From NCBI RefSeq assembly GCF_018977255.1, contig NW_024704742.1, positions 77,502,001 through 77,566,000 of the forward strand: a stretch of 64,000 nucleotides of DNA. Reading direction: 5' to 3'. The notes under the pieces are model-generated. The model saw nothing but the letters and a program-made list of their open reading frames with translations. It was not told the DNA's origin and made no database searches. The number at the start of each line of letters is the position of its first letter. Positions within the stretch are counted from its first letter, which is position 1. Below are positions 46,636 to 60,078 of the stretch, in pieces. Source of the stretch: Callorhinchus milii (lineage: Eukaryota). Both the position numbers and the translations under genes were made by a program.

Positions 46636-49477
46636 ACATAGCACCTAATTTATCATTACTAATTAGTGGTGTTTCATAACTTGTTGCTTGTCATAAGTTA
46701 CTGAAAACATGCTTCAAGTGTGTAACTAACTTGTTTAGAAGGGAAAGGAAAAGGACAAATAAAGTTTCCCTCTCCTTCCTATGACTAATCAACATTAACA
46801 AGGTGGTTTGTTAAAGTTCAGAACAAATTTGAGATTGCTTTAGCAGATGCTGGTACTGCGGAGGAGTGTATGAGCTTGCCATTAACATCAAAAGTTTGCA
46901 GTGTGTTGTCTTGTTAGTAATATTTCTGGCCTAATCTACCGGGGTCTGAATTCTTTTATTCTGCATCTCAACCCTAATACAGATGTGTTGTATAATTGTC
47001 CAAGTCATTGCTGAGAAATTATTTTATATGCTATCAGATAAATATTGCATCAAGCCAAGAGTTTCAGCACATTTTAGATCAGTTTGTCTAAATGACCTTT
47101 AAAGCGCTAAAGGAACCGTATTTTTGTATTGTATTAAGATTAACCCTTAGATTGGCAATGCCTCCCTAGACCAACTTTCTAAATTCTGCAAAATCTCTCA
47201 TTTTAATGTAAAATATAGGGTAAGACTAGGTGGAACTTCGGGGCTCAGAAATAAAAATTCCTGGCTTTTTTGTCCTCTCTATAAGTCTGAGACTAGTTGC
47301 TGCTTTGGCTGAACAAAATTCCACCTAGACTTACTCTGAAGAACTTTTTGTTTAAAATTGACTTTTGTCCAAAATTGTTAACTTCAAGCTTAATTTGGAA
47401 ACAGATTCTTGACCTTGTCGCTGTGACCAATGGTTCACTGGGTAGTCATCAGGCCATTGGGGGAAATTAAAAATATTTATCAAACACATTACAAATTTAC
47501 ATTTATATAATGCCTTTCACGTCGAGATGACACTCCAAACACAGCTGTTCGGCTCGACCACAAAACTACAAATGAGCATTTCTTTGATATGGGAAAATAT
47601 GTGGTGAAACGTGAACAGATTTGAGGTTCCGGGTGCCATGGTGAAATTACTCCATAGAGTACCTCTAAACCCAGTGAGATTGAATTAAATGGATCAAAGA
47701 CGGTTTTAGAGCGTTGAATGTGTGGGTGTGAGAATGCTGATTTGCTCCAGATTTTTGTCGACTTTCTCCCAAGTTTGTTCTATTTTGGAGCTGGGGAGGA
47801 TGGTAGAAATTCAGGAAATCATTAGGTCAGGGATACGAAGGGCATTATTAGGACATGATACACTAGAAATAATTCCTGTACTTAGTGGGTGATCAACAGC
47901 TGGAAAAAATTATCAGGAAGGATGATAGAGGCTAGGACTAGACTCATTTAGTAATAAATAATAGTAATCTTTACATTTAATATAATGCCATTCATATCGG
48001 TAGGATGTCCCATAGTACTTCACAGGATTTAAGAAACCAAATGATGTTGTAACAAGTCGATGATAGGATGGCGTAGATATTCTGGAAGGTGAGATCAAAA
48101 TGGCCAAAAGACTTCCTTTATCCAAACCAATCTTGTAACCTTGTGGAAAGGAATTCCAGCTCTTCTCCCCCATCCCCCTTCCTACTGGCTTGTATCTAAG
48201 GCTCTGATCATATCACAGTTTGGAGAATATGTTACTTTCTACCTTTTTTCAGCTTTTTTTTAAGTAGCCATGTGGCATGACATGACCACTGGTAAATAAA
48301 TGGTTCTTTCATCTGTCCAATGAGGGTCAAGTACAACCCTGAAGAAAATTAATTTGAAATAATTGGGGTTAGTGCACCATGTGCATAAATGGAATAAACA
48401 GATTGAAAGAGCAGAGTAATTGTTGACACAGGAGAATATCAGTGAAGTATATATGACTACAATAAGTGGTAATCATTTGCACAGATATATGGACGTGAAG
48501 AAATGAAAAAAGGCTCAGAAACCCCTTCAAGATTATTCTTGGGAGAAACCATCCATTGTATCTTTTGATGTAAGCACTAAGGTATCACAAAGTTGAGGCA
48601 AGGTGCTCAAAATAACTAACCTAAGTGGGAATTGACTATGGACCTGCTTGCTTTTGATATTTATTTCATAATGGCTAAATCTATTTTCCAGTGTCTTTAT
48701 TGTAATCAACAGTCCCAATTTTTCACTCATAAAACACTGTCATTAAACTTTACAGTATATATTGTGAAGCACTTTGGAACATCCTCCCAATGTGAAAGGC
48801 ACTATACCAAATGTAAAGATTATATTATTATTATATAATATTGACTGGTTTATCCATACTTGTTGAGTTCTCAGACAGAACAGCTTTATGTTTATGCTTC
48901 TTTTAAAAACCTTCAAAAATCGTGACTTTTTTTCTTTAAAAGAAAGATTCACTTCACAATACATGGTAGGTCTGTTTGAAATGTCTTTACCACAAATCTT
49001 GTTTTATTCCAGTCTTGTAAAGTTTAATTATATGCTCATGGCAAACGCTTCCAGAATCTCATACAAAGTGTTGACCACATGTAGCATCAGACCACCAATT
49101 GTGTCAGGCTGCCAGCTGACAAACCAAGCTCTTGTCTAGTGGACTAGAGTGGAAACCACAGACAAACCACAGTGTACTCAAGCCATGCCTCACCTGCAAG
49201 CCTATTATTGAGCCCTCAGGGGACTGCGTCCTGACTTCAGTTCAAAACCCACTAAATGTGGATGATTCAAATGCAAATTGTGTTAAAATAAATCCTGCTT
49301 TGCATATACAAGAGCCACTATATTCCTTGAGAATGTGGACATAAAGGCCTTACAGGAGAAGTTTGGATGAAGAAGGCCCTTTAGCTTATTTGATCTCATA
49401 TACTCAGAATACTAAGGTCTTCCAAGCAAAGCATTAAGCTGATTTTAAATGAGTCCAGCATTCCTGGCCTCAAGTAA

Positions 49478-49840
49478 AGTCCTGTAGCTCAGTGGTTAGA
49501 GCACTTGCCTCGCAAGCAGGGGAGGACCTGTGTTCAATTCCCATGCAGGGCGAAACATTGGGCATGTTTTCTTACTCCTCTGTTTAGCTCATAGTAAATA
49601 GGAACCCAGCGATTGGCAGATGACTTTCTGGGGGTAATAATCCCGCCAAAAGAAAATAATAATAATAATTTGGTCACTCAATCCACAACTGTTCATGCGA
49701 TACACCTGTGCACAATTGGCTGCCGTCTTTTGCCCATAAATATACAGTCAATTCATTTTACAGTATATTCTGTGAAGCACTTTGAGACATCTGGAAGACG
49801 TAATAAGGCATTATATTAAATGCAAGGATTATTATTATTA
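49478..49840 (+). mobile_element. tRNA-derived SINE (long variant) nested in an old reverse CR1 3' end (~49350-50160)
   Basis: Family similarity; the flanks resume CR1-like sequence. Confidence 0.85.
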
Positions 49841-50373
49841 ATACTGTTCTTGGCAATCTGTTCCAGTCATTAATTATCTTCTGGATAGACAAATACATCT
49901 CAGTGTCTGTCCTGAAATTGTCTTTTGCAAATCTAGACATGTGAACTCTTATTCGGCTGTCTCAGTCATCTGAAAGTATTGAATTTATTTTTACAATCTC
50001 ATTTAAACTTTTACACACCTCTGTAAGGTCCCTGTTAAGATGTCTCATACACTACGAGATGCAACATTCTGTGAAGGGTGTAATGTAACTGCAAGTTGTT
50101 GTGTCTCCTTTCAAGACTGAAGAGCTCTAGTTTGTCTAATTTTTACACATAATTCATTCCTCTAATGCTGGGGATCATCCTCATTGTTCCCCTCCGCACA
50201 ACCTTTAGGGCCTGTCCCGTTCAGCTTTTGCCATGGGAAGTTGATCCAATGAATAGAGTACATGTGCCTCCTATACTTCCCATTTGAGTATTTTCTATTG
50301 ATATATTCTGAGCTAATCTTTACCATTTGTGAATCATGTATAAATATGTTTAAATGTGGTTTGCACACAATTC

Positions 50374-50678
50374 ATAATAATAATCCTTACATTTGATATA
50401 GCGCTTTTCACATCTTCTAGATGTCTCAAAGCGCTTTTACAGAATCTACTATAAAGTGTATTGACTGCATATTTGTGGGCGAAACACAGCAGCCAATTGT
50501 GTCCCACAAACAGTCGTGGATTGAAGTGACCAATTTATTATTGCTTTTTTTTCTTGAGGGATTATTATCAGGAATGTGGAGTAAGGAAACTTGCCCAAGG
50601 TTTCGCCCTGCTGGGAATCGAACCCAGGTCTTTCGCTTGTGAGGCGAATGCTCTAACCACTGAGCTACAGGACTCCAC
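50374..50678 (-). mobile_element. tRNA-derived SINE (short variant)
   Basis: Full head to tail. Confidence 0.9.
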
Positions 50679-50819
50679 AGCAACATAATACAACAGCAAC
50701 AACAAAATTACATTTGTATACCATGACTTCAATAGTCCCATTGTGCTAATAAACTCAGACATGACATTGACATGAAACGAGCAAAGTTCAGTTCACTTTA
50801 CAGGTCCTAAAATGCATAC

Positions 50820-51925
50820 AATACAAAATTACATTTGTAAAGCGCTTTTCACTGGGAGGACATCCCAAGGCGCTGGACAGTCAGGGATTAGGACCTGAGT
50901 GGGGTGGAGGTTTGGGATCAGGGAGGGTGAAGGATAGAGAGACTAGAAGGGTGGCCGAAGGCACAGTTGAAGAGGAGGGTCTCGAGGCGTGCCTCGAAGT
51001 AGGCAAAGGAGGGAGCGAGGTGAAGGGAATGTGGAATAGGTGGGGGCAGAGAGCTGAAGGCCCGACCGCCGATGGTGGGGCGAGCAAGGTGGAGGACATG
51101 GAGCAGTCCGGACCTGCAGAGCGGACAGGTTTATAAGGGATTGGCAGGTCAGAGATGTAGGAGGGGGTAAGACCATGGAGGGCCTTGAAGGTGTGAATGA
51201 GAATTTTGAACTCGACCCTCTGAGCGATGGGGAGCCAGTGGAGTCGAGCGAGGGTGGGTGTGATGGGGTCACGGAGCGTGGTGCAGGAGAGGACACAAGC
51301 TGCAGAGTTCTGGATTATCTGCAGCTTGTGGAGGGAAGAGTTGGGGAGGCTGACAAGCAGAGAGTTGGCTTCCCCAACTCCTCCCTCCATAGGCTGCAGA
51401 TCATCCACAATTCTGCAGGTCATGTCCTCTCCCACACCAGGCTCCATGCCCCTATCACCCCCATCCTCACCCGACTCCACTGGCTTCCCATCACACAGAG
51501 GAAAGTTCGAGATCCTGGTCCTCACCTTCAAAACCCTCCATGGCCTCGCTTCTCCTACCTCTGTGACCTCCTAACCCCCTATCATCCTGCCTGCTCCCTC
51601 CACGAAGCAGGCTCCAACCTGCTTCACGTACCCCGCCCTGCCTACCTCACCATTGGTGGGCGGTCCTTCTGCCACTCTGCCCTTACCCTCTGGAATTCCA
51701 TCCCGCAGTCCGTCTGCCTCGCCCTGTCCCTTGCCTCCTTCAAGACTCATCTCAAGACCCTTTTCTTTGACCGTGCTTTCGATCACTCTGCTTCCCCCTT
51801 CACCCATCCTCCACCCTCCCCAATTCCGACCCCTAGCTTGGGTCCGAAACACTGACTGTCCAGCACTTTGGGACGTCCTCCTGACTTGAGAGGCACAATA
51901 TAAATGTTATTTTGTTTTTGTTGTT
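50820..51925. mobile_element. Two L2 3' ends fused head-to-head (50820-51369 minus; 51364-51925 plus)
   Basis: Both arms encode PNSSLH(K/R)LQII(Q/H)NSA...LHWLPI. Confidence 0.92.
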
Positions 51926-53829
51926 TCAATGTTTTGATTTCGTTGGTATGGAAAGACAGCAGTGGCATTGAGTGGAACTCTTTCCCACCAGTCATAAGAG
52001 CCCTTCCCCCACCGCTTTCCTCCACACGTGTTAACAATAGCTCAATATGCCTCCTGATAAGCAGAGCATATCTTTCATACAAATCTTGTTGCTTTACCTT
52101 TGCTTTAATGAAAAGTTGTGGTCCGTATCTTTAACTTCATTCCTGAGGCCTCTCAAATTATGTTGCCATTCTGTCATTTACAGCTGTACAATGGCATTTC
52201 TAGGAACCCAGTTGATAATCGATTGGTGGATCGCTTTTCCAGGGGTAATAATTCCTTCAAAAAAATATTAATTGGTCACTTCAATCCACAAATGTTTGTG
52301 TGGCATTACTGTGCACAATTGGCTGTTGTGTTTTGCCCACAAAATATAGTCAATTCACTTTACAGTATATTCTGTGAAGCGCTTTGAGACATCTCGAAGA
52401 CATGATAAGGCACTATATCAAATACAAGGATTATTATTATATTATTGTTTCTGAGTGTAACAAGAGTAGCTCCAAATGGAAATCAGGAGATGGACATTTG
52501 AGAAACTTGGTGGATGTCAGTGATTCACTGTGTGTTGAATTCCAAGTCTTATGGGTCAGAGAAGGCAACACAGAGCACAAACCAAACCTTGCCTCTCTCC
52601 CTGCTCATCCCATCTTCTTGGAGAGGGAGACAATCATACCATCACCTCAAGCCCACTTTGTAACATGTCACACAAGTGGTCTGGCTAGAGACTTTAGAGC
52701 AGATTACTAGGATGTTGCCCCTTCCCACCTCCTCTCCAACCCCCCCCCCATGCCCCATTAATTGTCTCAGTTAAGTTACAGTGTATAGTTCAAGGAGATC
52801 ATCAAAAATAATGTACAGTGTGAAAACAGACCACTCGGCCCAACCAGTCTGTTTATACTCCACGTGAATCTCCACCCATTCCTTACTCCCTCCCATATAC
52901 TTCTCTTCCCCTTTCCCTCTCCCTTATGTCAAGATCTACCTTTCTCTTGAATACATCTGTGCTATCTGATTCAAAATAATATAAAGATTTTAAAAAATGA
53001 TAATTTTGAATATTATTTTTCACAAACAAAAACAAGTGTAAAAAAAACGAGCTTTCAAAGTATCGCCACACATAAGGACACCTTATACAGGCACTGCAAC
53101 AATCGCTCAGTGGTGAAACTGTTAACAATAGTCCTGTGTTTAAACCATTGCCATGGCCTCACACCTTTTGTCCTGCCTGTAATTGTCCCTCTGGAAATAT
53201 GATATTTCGCACCCTGGGCCGAAAGAGTATTTTCCCTTTTCCTGTACAGAGAAGCTTAAACAAAAGAGAACTGGAAAACAATTCCTTCCCACAGTTCCTT
53301 TTCACTAATCTCAACAATAGCTTTTGCCTGGAAACAGACCAGTTTTCTCTGCAAGAGGTCACCCATAATCATCCTGTGCCCTGCTCAGGATTATTTACTT
53401 TTCAAAATCTGAATCACCACCCATTTGGAATAGTTATTTAAAGGTCAGCAAATTCTGTGGAATTTCCTAGAACAGGGGAGTTCTTCCTCCTGTGTACGCT
53501 GTTAAATGTTATGAGTTTCTTTGAATCAAACAGTCCATTCTGATGGCTTTTGCTTCCGTTCCACAGATTTTGCAGCGACACATCCTCGCTTGATTCAGTC
53601 CTGTTGATTTATAACAATAATGATCCTTGCATTTGTTTTAGTGTTTTTCATGTCAGGCAGATGTAAAAGACTTCACAGGATTTACTTTAACATGTGGTGA
53701 CTGTTTTGTAGGCAATAGCTAATTTTGTGCACAGCAATGTCCCACAAACAGTCACAAGGAGAATGATTGACAGCATCTGAGGAATTATTGGTTAAGACAC
53801 AGTGAAGAACTCCATATTACAGGAAGGTA

Positions 53830-53978
53830 ACTGTACAACCCAATATAAGTAGTCACCTCAATATATCCTAATAGTATTAAGTGCCTCTATATAGTGTGTT
53901 ATTAGCAATAGCACCTTTCTGTAGCTTGATATTAACAGTGAGCACCTCTATACAGACCGATTAAATTAGGAGCACACT
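53830..53978. repeat. Degenerate ~30-bp minisatellite
   Basis: Recurring agcacctctata...tattaa units. Confidence 0.55.
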
Positions 53979-54729
53979 GTTTGATTTTCTCATTGAGTTG
54001 CCTGGCATTATCTTCCTGGATGGTATCTTTGGACCCCTGTCTTATAGTGCCTTGAACATCAAAGACAGCTGAATTTATAACCCAGAGCATCTCCATAGGC
54101 CAGTTGGCAAACAGTTCAATAGTAAAGTAAAATGAATGTTGTTTTTAGCGCTGATTCATTAGCAGAGAAGAATTCCATGGGATGTGTATACATACAACTG
54201 ATAGTGATAGGACCATCCAGCAAGTGGGATAGTCACATCCAACCACAGCTTGGTATGCAAAGGGCTCTTTGACAAAGTTGTCAGGGAGCTTAACCAGGCT
54301 GACTCAGGTAGTAATAACAACAATAACTTGCATTTATATAGTGCCCTTCACCCAGGGCAGCGTCTCGGAGTGCTTAATAACACAAGGGAGGGACTTTGTC
54401 AGACTGGCACACAGTGTTATCGCTAGAACCTGTGAGTGATTATCGAATGGGCCTTGGCTCTCAAATTCCTGCTCCTTTGGCTGTGTCTTGTGTCAGCTAG
54501 CTTATCCCTCCCACGTCAACAACTGCACAAAGAAACAAAAAAGCTCTCTGGCAAACTTTTAAAAGCTTTATTGACGGGTCGAGGTTGCACTCATTTCTAA
54601 ATAACACATGTTCCCCAACACACTGCACAATGACTGTTTTATGAACACACCACTTAAAGTATTATCACTGGGAATAGGATTGAAACCACGGAGGGGTATA
54701 AAGGTTAGAATGAGGATCTTGAACTCGAT

Positions 54730-55135
54730 CTGCTCCACTGGCTCCCCATTCCCCCAGCAGATTCACCTTTAAACCTTTCGGTGGTCTTACCTCACCCTAA
54801 CTTCTGGGACAGCCTCAAACCTTACCAACCAGCCATTCCCTCTGCTCAGCATGCACCGATCTGCTTCATGTCCCCCATATGCCCTACCACCAGTGGTTGG
54901 GCTTTCAGCGTATCGCGTCATTCTCTGGAACTCCATCCCAGGGTCCCTTTGACCTACCCCTTCCCTCACCTCCTTCAAGGTCTGCCTCAAGACCTCTAGC
55001 TTTGATCACACTTTAGCCATCTTTCTCCCACTTCCTCAGCTCCCACCAACTCAGATGCAGACCTTGGACTGTCCAGCACCTTGGAACGTCCTCTTGATGA
55101 AAAACGCACTATATAAATTAAATTTTTTATTGTAT
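54730..55135 (+). mobile_element. L2 3' fragment
   Basis: ctccactggctccccatt...ccttcaaggtctgcctcaagacc...tail. Confidence 0.8.
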
Positions 55136-57829
55136 AGTATCAGGATTAAAGAGTTTCTCACTCTGTTCTGGCCATTAATCCCTAAAATTGATGTGCACAA
55201 ATTGGCTCCCGTGTTCACCCTAAAAATACACAGATGCTACACTTTGCAGTTGAATCCTGTGAGGCACTCTCTCAACATGAAAGGTCCTATATCAAGTGTA
55301 AGGATTATTTTTATTGCAGGTTTGTTGGAACAGATGTCAAGTACTGGTACATACCCTGGACAGTTAGCATTGCTAATAAACATGCAAATATATTAATACA
55401 TAGTTGCAGTATAAAAAGGTTCTTCCAGTACAGTACACATTTCTTGCTGACATTTCTTTAATGAAAACTACAGCAATGTAACTGCTTACCACATACCAAT
55501 ATGGCTGAAGATCAGAAAAAATGTAATATGAATGTTTTCCAAACTTCACGGATAACAAGTGCAGTTCCTTTACTAAGGTATATCTGCAGGGTTGAAAGTC
55601 ATTACTCCACTCAAAGTGTGGAATGAAACCGTGAACTGTGAAGTGTTTTGTTAGTTCACATGAGAGGAAAGCTCAGATAGCATATCTAGGTATGGGGAAA
55701 GGGTGGGTAAATGGGACTGAAATGATTGCTCTTAAAAGAACCAGCACAGACACATTGGGCTGAATGGCCTTCTTCTGTACTGTAAATTTCAATTTATAAA
55801 CACAGGTTCAAATTGCTCCTTCTCTCATTATCGTGAGAACTTGTTAACTCCCACTGATCACTTTCTTAAATGATTCAGCAACAAAAAGTACACTTTGCAG
55901 CTGACTTATGTCTCCTTTGATGCTGAAGAATTCTCAAGGTCTACATTCTCAATATGGTTCTTTAATTAGATGAATTTGAGGAATGTATAACTTTTGTATA
56001 AGTAGTGCGTTGGGTGTAGAAGCTTGGAGGAGTATAGGAAATTGGGAATAGGGAGAGGAGGCCATTCAGTTCATCGAGCATTTTTACTAGTTTATGAGAT
56101 TTTGGCAGATTTTTTTAATCTCTTCATACTTCTATTAGCCCAGTATCTCTCTCTCTTTTAAACATAGCTCCCAGGACATCCATATGTCTAAAGCTACAAA
56201 GTCTTGTGGGATCCACCTCTTCTAAAAGGGTGTAACGTCTGGCTTAGCAGATGTAAACGTGGCGATATGATTTACACTTGGGAATGTGGCCTTGCACAGT
56301 GACAAATTTATGAATAACATGGGAAATAAATTTTTACTCTTAAAGGGAAATGCCGCCCATTAAAAATTGAAAACAAAAATCTTTTCAAAGGCAGAAACGC
56401 CTTTCAAAAAGCATTTGAGTGATGTTTATGGGGATTTAAAAAGAAACGTAAAGCTGATGTTGTCTCCAAAAGTACAGAAATCAGTGAATAACTTAATGAT
56501 TTGCTGTCAGAAAGCAGTTCATAAAGTCCAATTAATGGTTTTATGTGGCGGGAAGTGGAAGGAGGTGTTCTACACAGAAACTACCTCAAAGTCTTGGACA
56601 TAAATAAAATGTTTATTTTTTAAGTAGCTTGGTGATGCATCTCAATTAACCAGTCCCACTGCACTTTTGAACCCACAGTGGAGTGACTGTGCTGTGTACA
56701 GTACTGTATTACTAAATCTCAAAGTTCAAACAAGAGAGGCAAAAGCTGAAGCACTAAGGGTTATTCCCAAGTGTCCAATCCATGTAAGCCTTCTCTTGGT
56801 TTAAAAAGCTTAGATTTTTATGGTGACTTCTATTGCCTTTTATAGAGTCTCAAAGCTCTTCACAAATACTATTGTGTGTAGTGACCATTTTTATGTAGGC
56901 CAACAAGACACCAGCAAGGTCTCACATGAGTCAAATGATCAATTAGTCCAGGGAATTGATGGTCATTACACTGAGAAAAATACCCTTTTTAAATAGTGTC
57001 ATGAGATTTTTAACGGCCACCTGAACAGGCAGACAAGATCTCTACTTTTACTCAGTATCATTCTATACCTAGCTTTGGAGACCTTGACAATGACACTGTT
57101 GGCCTGAAATTAAAACCTGTTCTACTCTCAGGTCAAACATCCATCCCTCATGTTCATGTGCACCAAAAAAGTATTTGTAGCAAAAATAAATAAATTTGTC
57201 TCCTTAGTGAACGGTGGTTTTAAATTAAACAGAACGTTTTAGAACCAATGTGTTTGTTAGCAGCAGATGCTGAGGACTTTGAACTGCTTTCAGAAGATAT
57301 TCAATGGAATTTAAAGGGGCAACATCGTTAGGAAACAAATATTTGGCAAACTATTTGCTTATAAATGCTCAACATAATGACATAAATCACGTCAAAACAA
57401 GTCATCACATCACTTGTGTGATCTTGATGGGATGAAAATGAAACACAAGCCTTCTGTTTCTTCTCTTTTTCTCTCTATCTATCTCTTTCTATATAATAAA
57501 ATGGTTTGCCAAGCACTGTTTCATCAAGACACTGCCTCCTTTTTCAAGTGAGAGCAAATAATTGAGTCCAGCTGTCATCAAGTTGTGCAATATCTCCCCA
57601 TGTCCTGTCCCTTATTAAACCTAAAAACATTTTTTTTTACTTTCTTTGTTCCTGGATTCCTTGTCTGTAACTCTTTGGCTTTCTCTCCTTATCTAACCAT
57701 TTGGCTCATTTTACGCCTACTTTGCTTCCTACTGTCCCTCCTTGTACTATATTTGGATATACCACAGAAACATGGAAATTGTGGGAAATTGTGGACTTTC
57801 TAAATGTCTTATTGTTTTGAATTTCATGG

Positions 57830-58100
57830 TACCTGTTGGATATTGATGAAACTGCATGTTTGCCCTCTTCAGGAATCCACTTACTACACCATGTTTTACA
57901 GTTTGGTTGACCTAAAATACAGATTCTCTCATTCCTAGGAGGAGATAATAGCGGTTGTATGCAACATTGTGGACCAGTCATGCTCAATATCCCAGGTGTT
58001 AAAGGGATGAATTTTTTAATTTTATTTTTGGTCAGCTGGGTGTTAGACACATGTGGAAACCCATCACCATGCTTGAGAAACTGAGAGTTCCATGCATCCA
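57830..58100 (+). mobile_element. Fragment of the same ERV-like family (RT palm/thumb)
   Basis: tttggtcagctgggtgtt is identical to the reverse of ~27596-27613. Peptides SFLGG...VKGMNF...FGQLGVRHMWKPIT. Confidence 0.5.
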
Positions 58101-58155
58101 CCTACACAAAATATACAGTATATTCTGTGAAGCGCTTTGAGATATCTCGAAGACA

Positions 58156-58528
58156 TGGAGTCCTGTAGCTCAGTGGTTAGAGCACTCGCCTCGCAAATGA
58201 GAGGCCCGAGTTCGATTCCCGGACAGGGCGAAACATTGGGAAAGCTTCCTTACTCCACACCTCTGTTTACCTAGAAGTAAGTAGGAACATTGTTGTTAGA
58301 CGATTGGCAGATCACTTTTCTGGGGGAAGTAATTCCTTCAACAAAAAATAATAAACTGGTCACTTAATCCACAACTGTTTGTGGGACACTGCTGTGCGCA
58401 ATTGGCTGCACATTTCGCCCACAAAATATACAGTCAATTCACTTTACAGTATATTCTGTGAAGTGCTTTGTGACATCTCAAAGACGTGATAAGGCACTAT
58501 GTGAAATGCAAGGATTATTATTATTATA
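58156..58528 (+). mobile_element. Young tRNA-derived SINE (long variant), full length, preceded by a partial tail copy (58105-58155)
   Basis: Intact A/B boxes, CORE-like centre, L2-type tail. Confidence 0.92.
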
Positions 58529-59206
58529 TCAAATGCAACGATTATAGGATTATAACTATGAGAAGCAACTCAATATCATAAAAGTCTTGAATCTTTAATA
58601 GAAGTGTCTCAAATGCGACATCATAAGACCTATGTGAAACACTTAACAGAAAGTAAACCAAGATATGCAGAGACAGCAGAGCAAGAGAGCACATGTTTAA
58701 GGTTGTTAAATGCAATTTTAGGACTTAGACTACTGGAGTTTTTTCTTTGTACTTCGAGTAACTAACAGCTGGTATATGGTACAAGGAAGAATGGTTGAAA
58801 TAAAATGTGAATTCAAGGTAACCACAGTAATGGGAAGATGGTAGGGTTGGTAATCTGGAAGGATAAGATTAAATGGACAGAAAATATATGTGTTATCTTA
58901 AAAGTAAGAATTTTAAAGGACATAAATCACTAGTAAATCATTTATCAAAGTTATCTTGTGACATTCCTAATGCCCAAAGCAAAACAATGATGATATACAT
59001 GAAGACATGGTGAAAGGTTGCTGATCATTCAGAACAAGTATCTGCTCTAGGTCTGTTCAGTTCCACTCACTATCATCAGCTCCTTACCTCCTTTCCCACA
59101 TGTTTGAAATACACCCAGCATGAGACAATGGCTTTTGAGATATTTGTAAGCTGAAAGTTAAGTTCCTATTTGTAACTCTTCCATTGCAAATATGGATCAG
59201 GATTAA

Positions 59207-59610
59207 TCCTGGCTCAGTCGGTAGACTCTCATCTCTGAGTCAGATGGTTGTGGGGTCAAACGACACATTAGAACTTTGAGCTCACAGTATAGGCCGATAC
59301 TCCAATACAGTGCTGAGGGAGCGCCGGATTGTTGGAAGTGCCGTCCTTCAGATGAGACATTAAACCGAGGTACCCTCAGCCTGTCCAGGTGGACGTTAAA
59401 CATCCATGGCACTATTAGAAAGAGAAGGGAGTTTCTCCTGGGGTCCTTGCCAACAATCCCCTAAATAAAATTGGTCACTCAATCCATGGCTGTTTGTGGA
59501 TGCTAGCCAACAAAATATATAGTTACTAAATTTTACAGAAAACCTTGAGTCGTCCTTCTGACATGAAAGGCTATATATCAAATGCAAGGATTATTGTTAT
59601 TATTTATTAT
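59207..59610 (+). mobile_element. Deu-domain SINE
   Basis: cctggctcagtcggtagactctc...tcagatgagacattaaaccgagg...ggtggacgttaaacatccatggcactatt. Confidence 0.85.
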
Positions 59611-59978
59611 AAGTTTCAGAAAATGGCAAATCTGAAATGCCAGGCTGCTAAAATCCCCCCCAAAAGGTTCATGAAGATCAATAATTTTTTTTATTTTGCC
59701 CATTTGGTATTTGCAATTTGTTGTTTTACAAACCTTGCATCTCGGTTTTCTGATTCACAATTCCAACTTGACAAATATCTTCAGATTCTCAGGTACGATT
59801 TCAAAACATCATGTGTGGAAAACCTGTGGTACAATATGTGATGATGTCAAGCTAATAATTATCCCAACATATGTTGCAATTTTCATCTTACCTTTGATAT
59901 GTCAAATATTACATTGAGAAATCCACCCTATCAAAAGAACAATTTGCTTTCAGCCATATTTGCTATTGCTGTGGCTAT

Positions 59979-60078
59979 TGTGGAGTCCTGTAGCTCAGTG
60001 GTTAGAGAGACCTGAGTTCAATTCCAGGCAGGGCGAAACCTTGGGTGAGTTTCCTTACTCCACACGCCTAATAATAAT
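59979..60078 (+). mobile_element. tRNA-derived SINE 5' part only
   Basis: gtggagtcctgtagctcagtggttaga...ccttactccacacgcctaataataat. Confidence 0.85.

Noticed and set aside
47140..47150. TTAACCCTT piggyBac-like terminus (also ~62001)
   Set aside because: No matching opposite terminal repeat was found.
15309..51855. Longest ORFs in the track (e.g. 15309-16148, 24641-25327, 25879-26556, 43384-44052, 51175-51855)
   Set aside because: All are L2 or CR1 ORF2 remnants or their shifted/antisense frames, not host genes.
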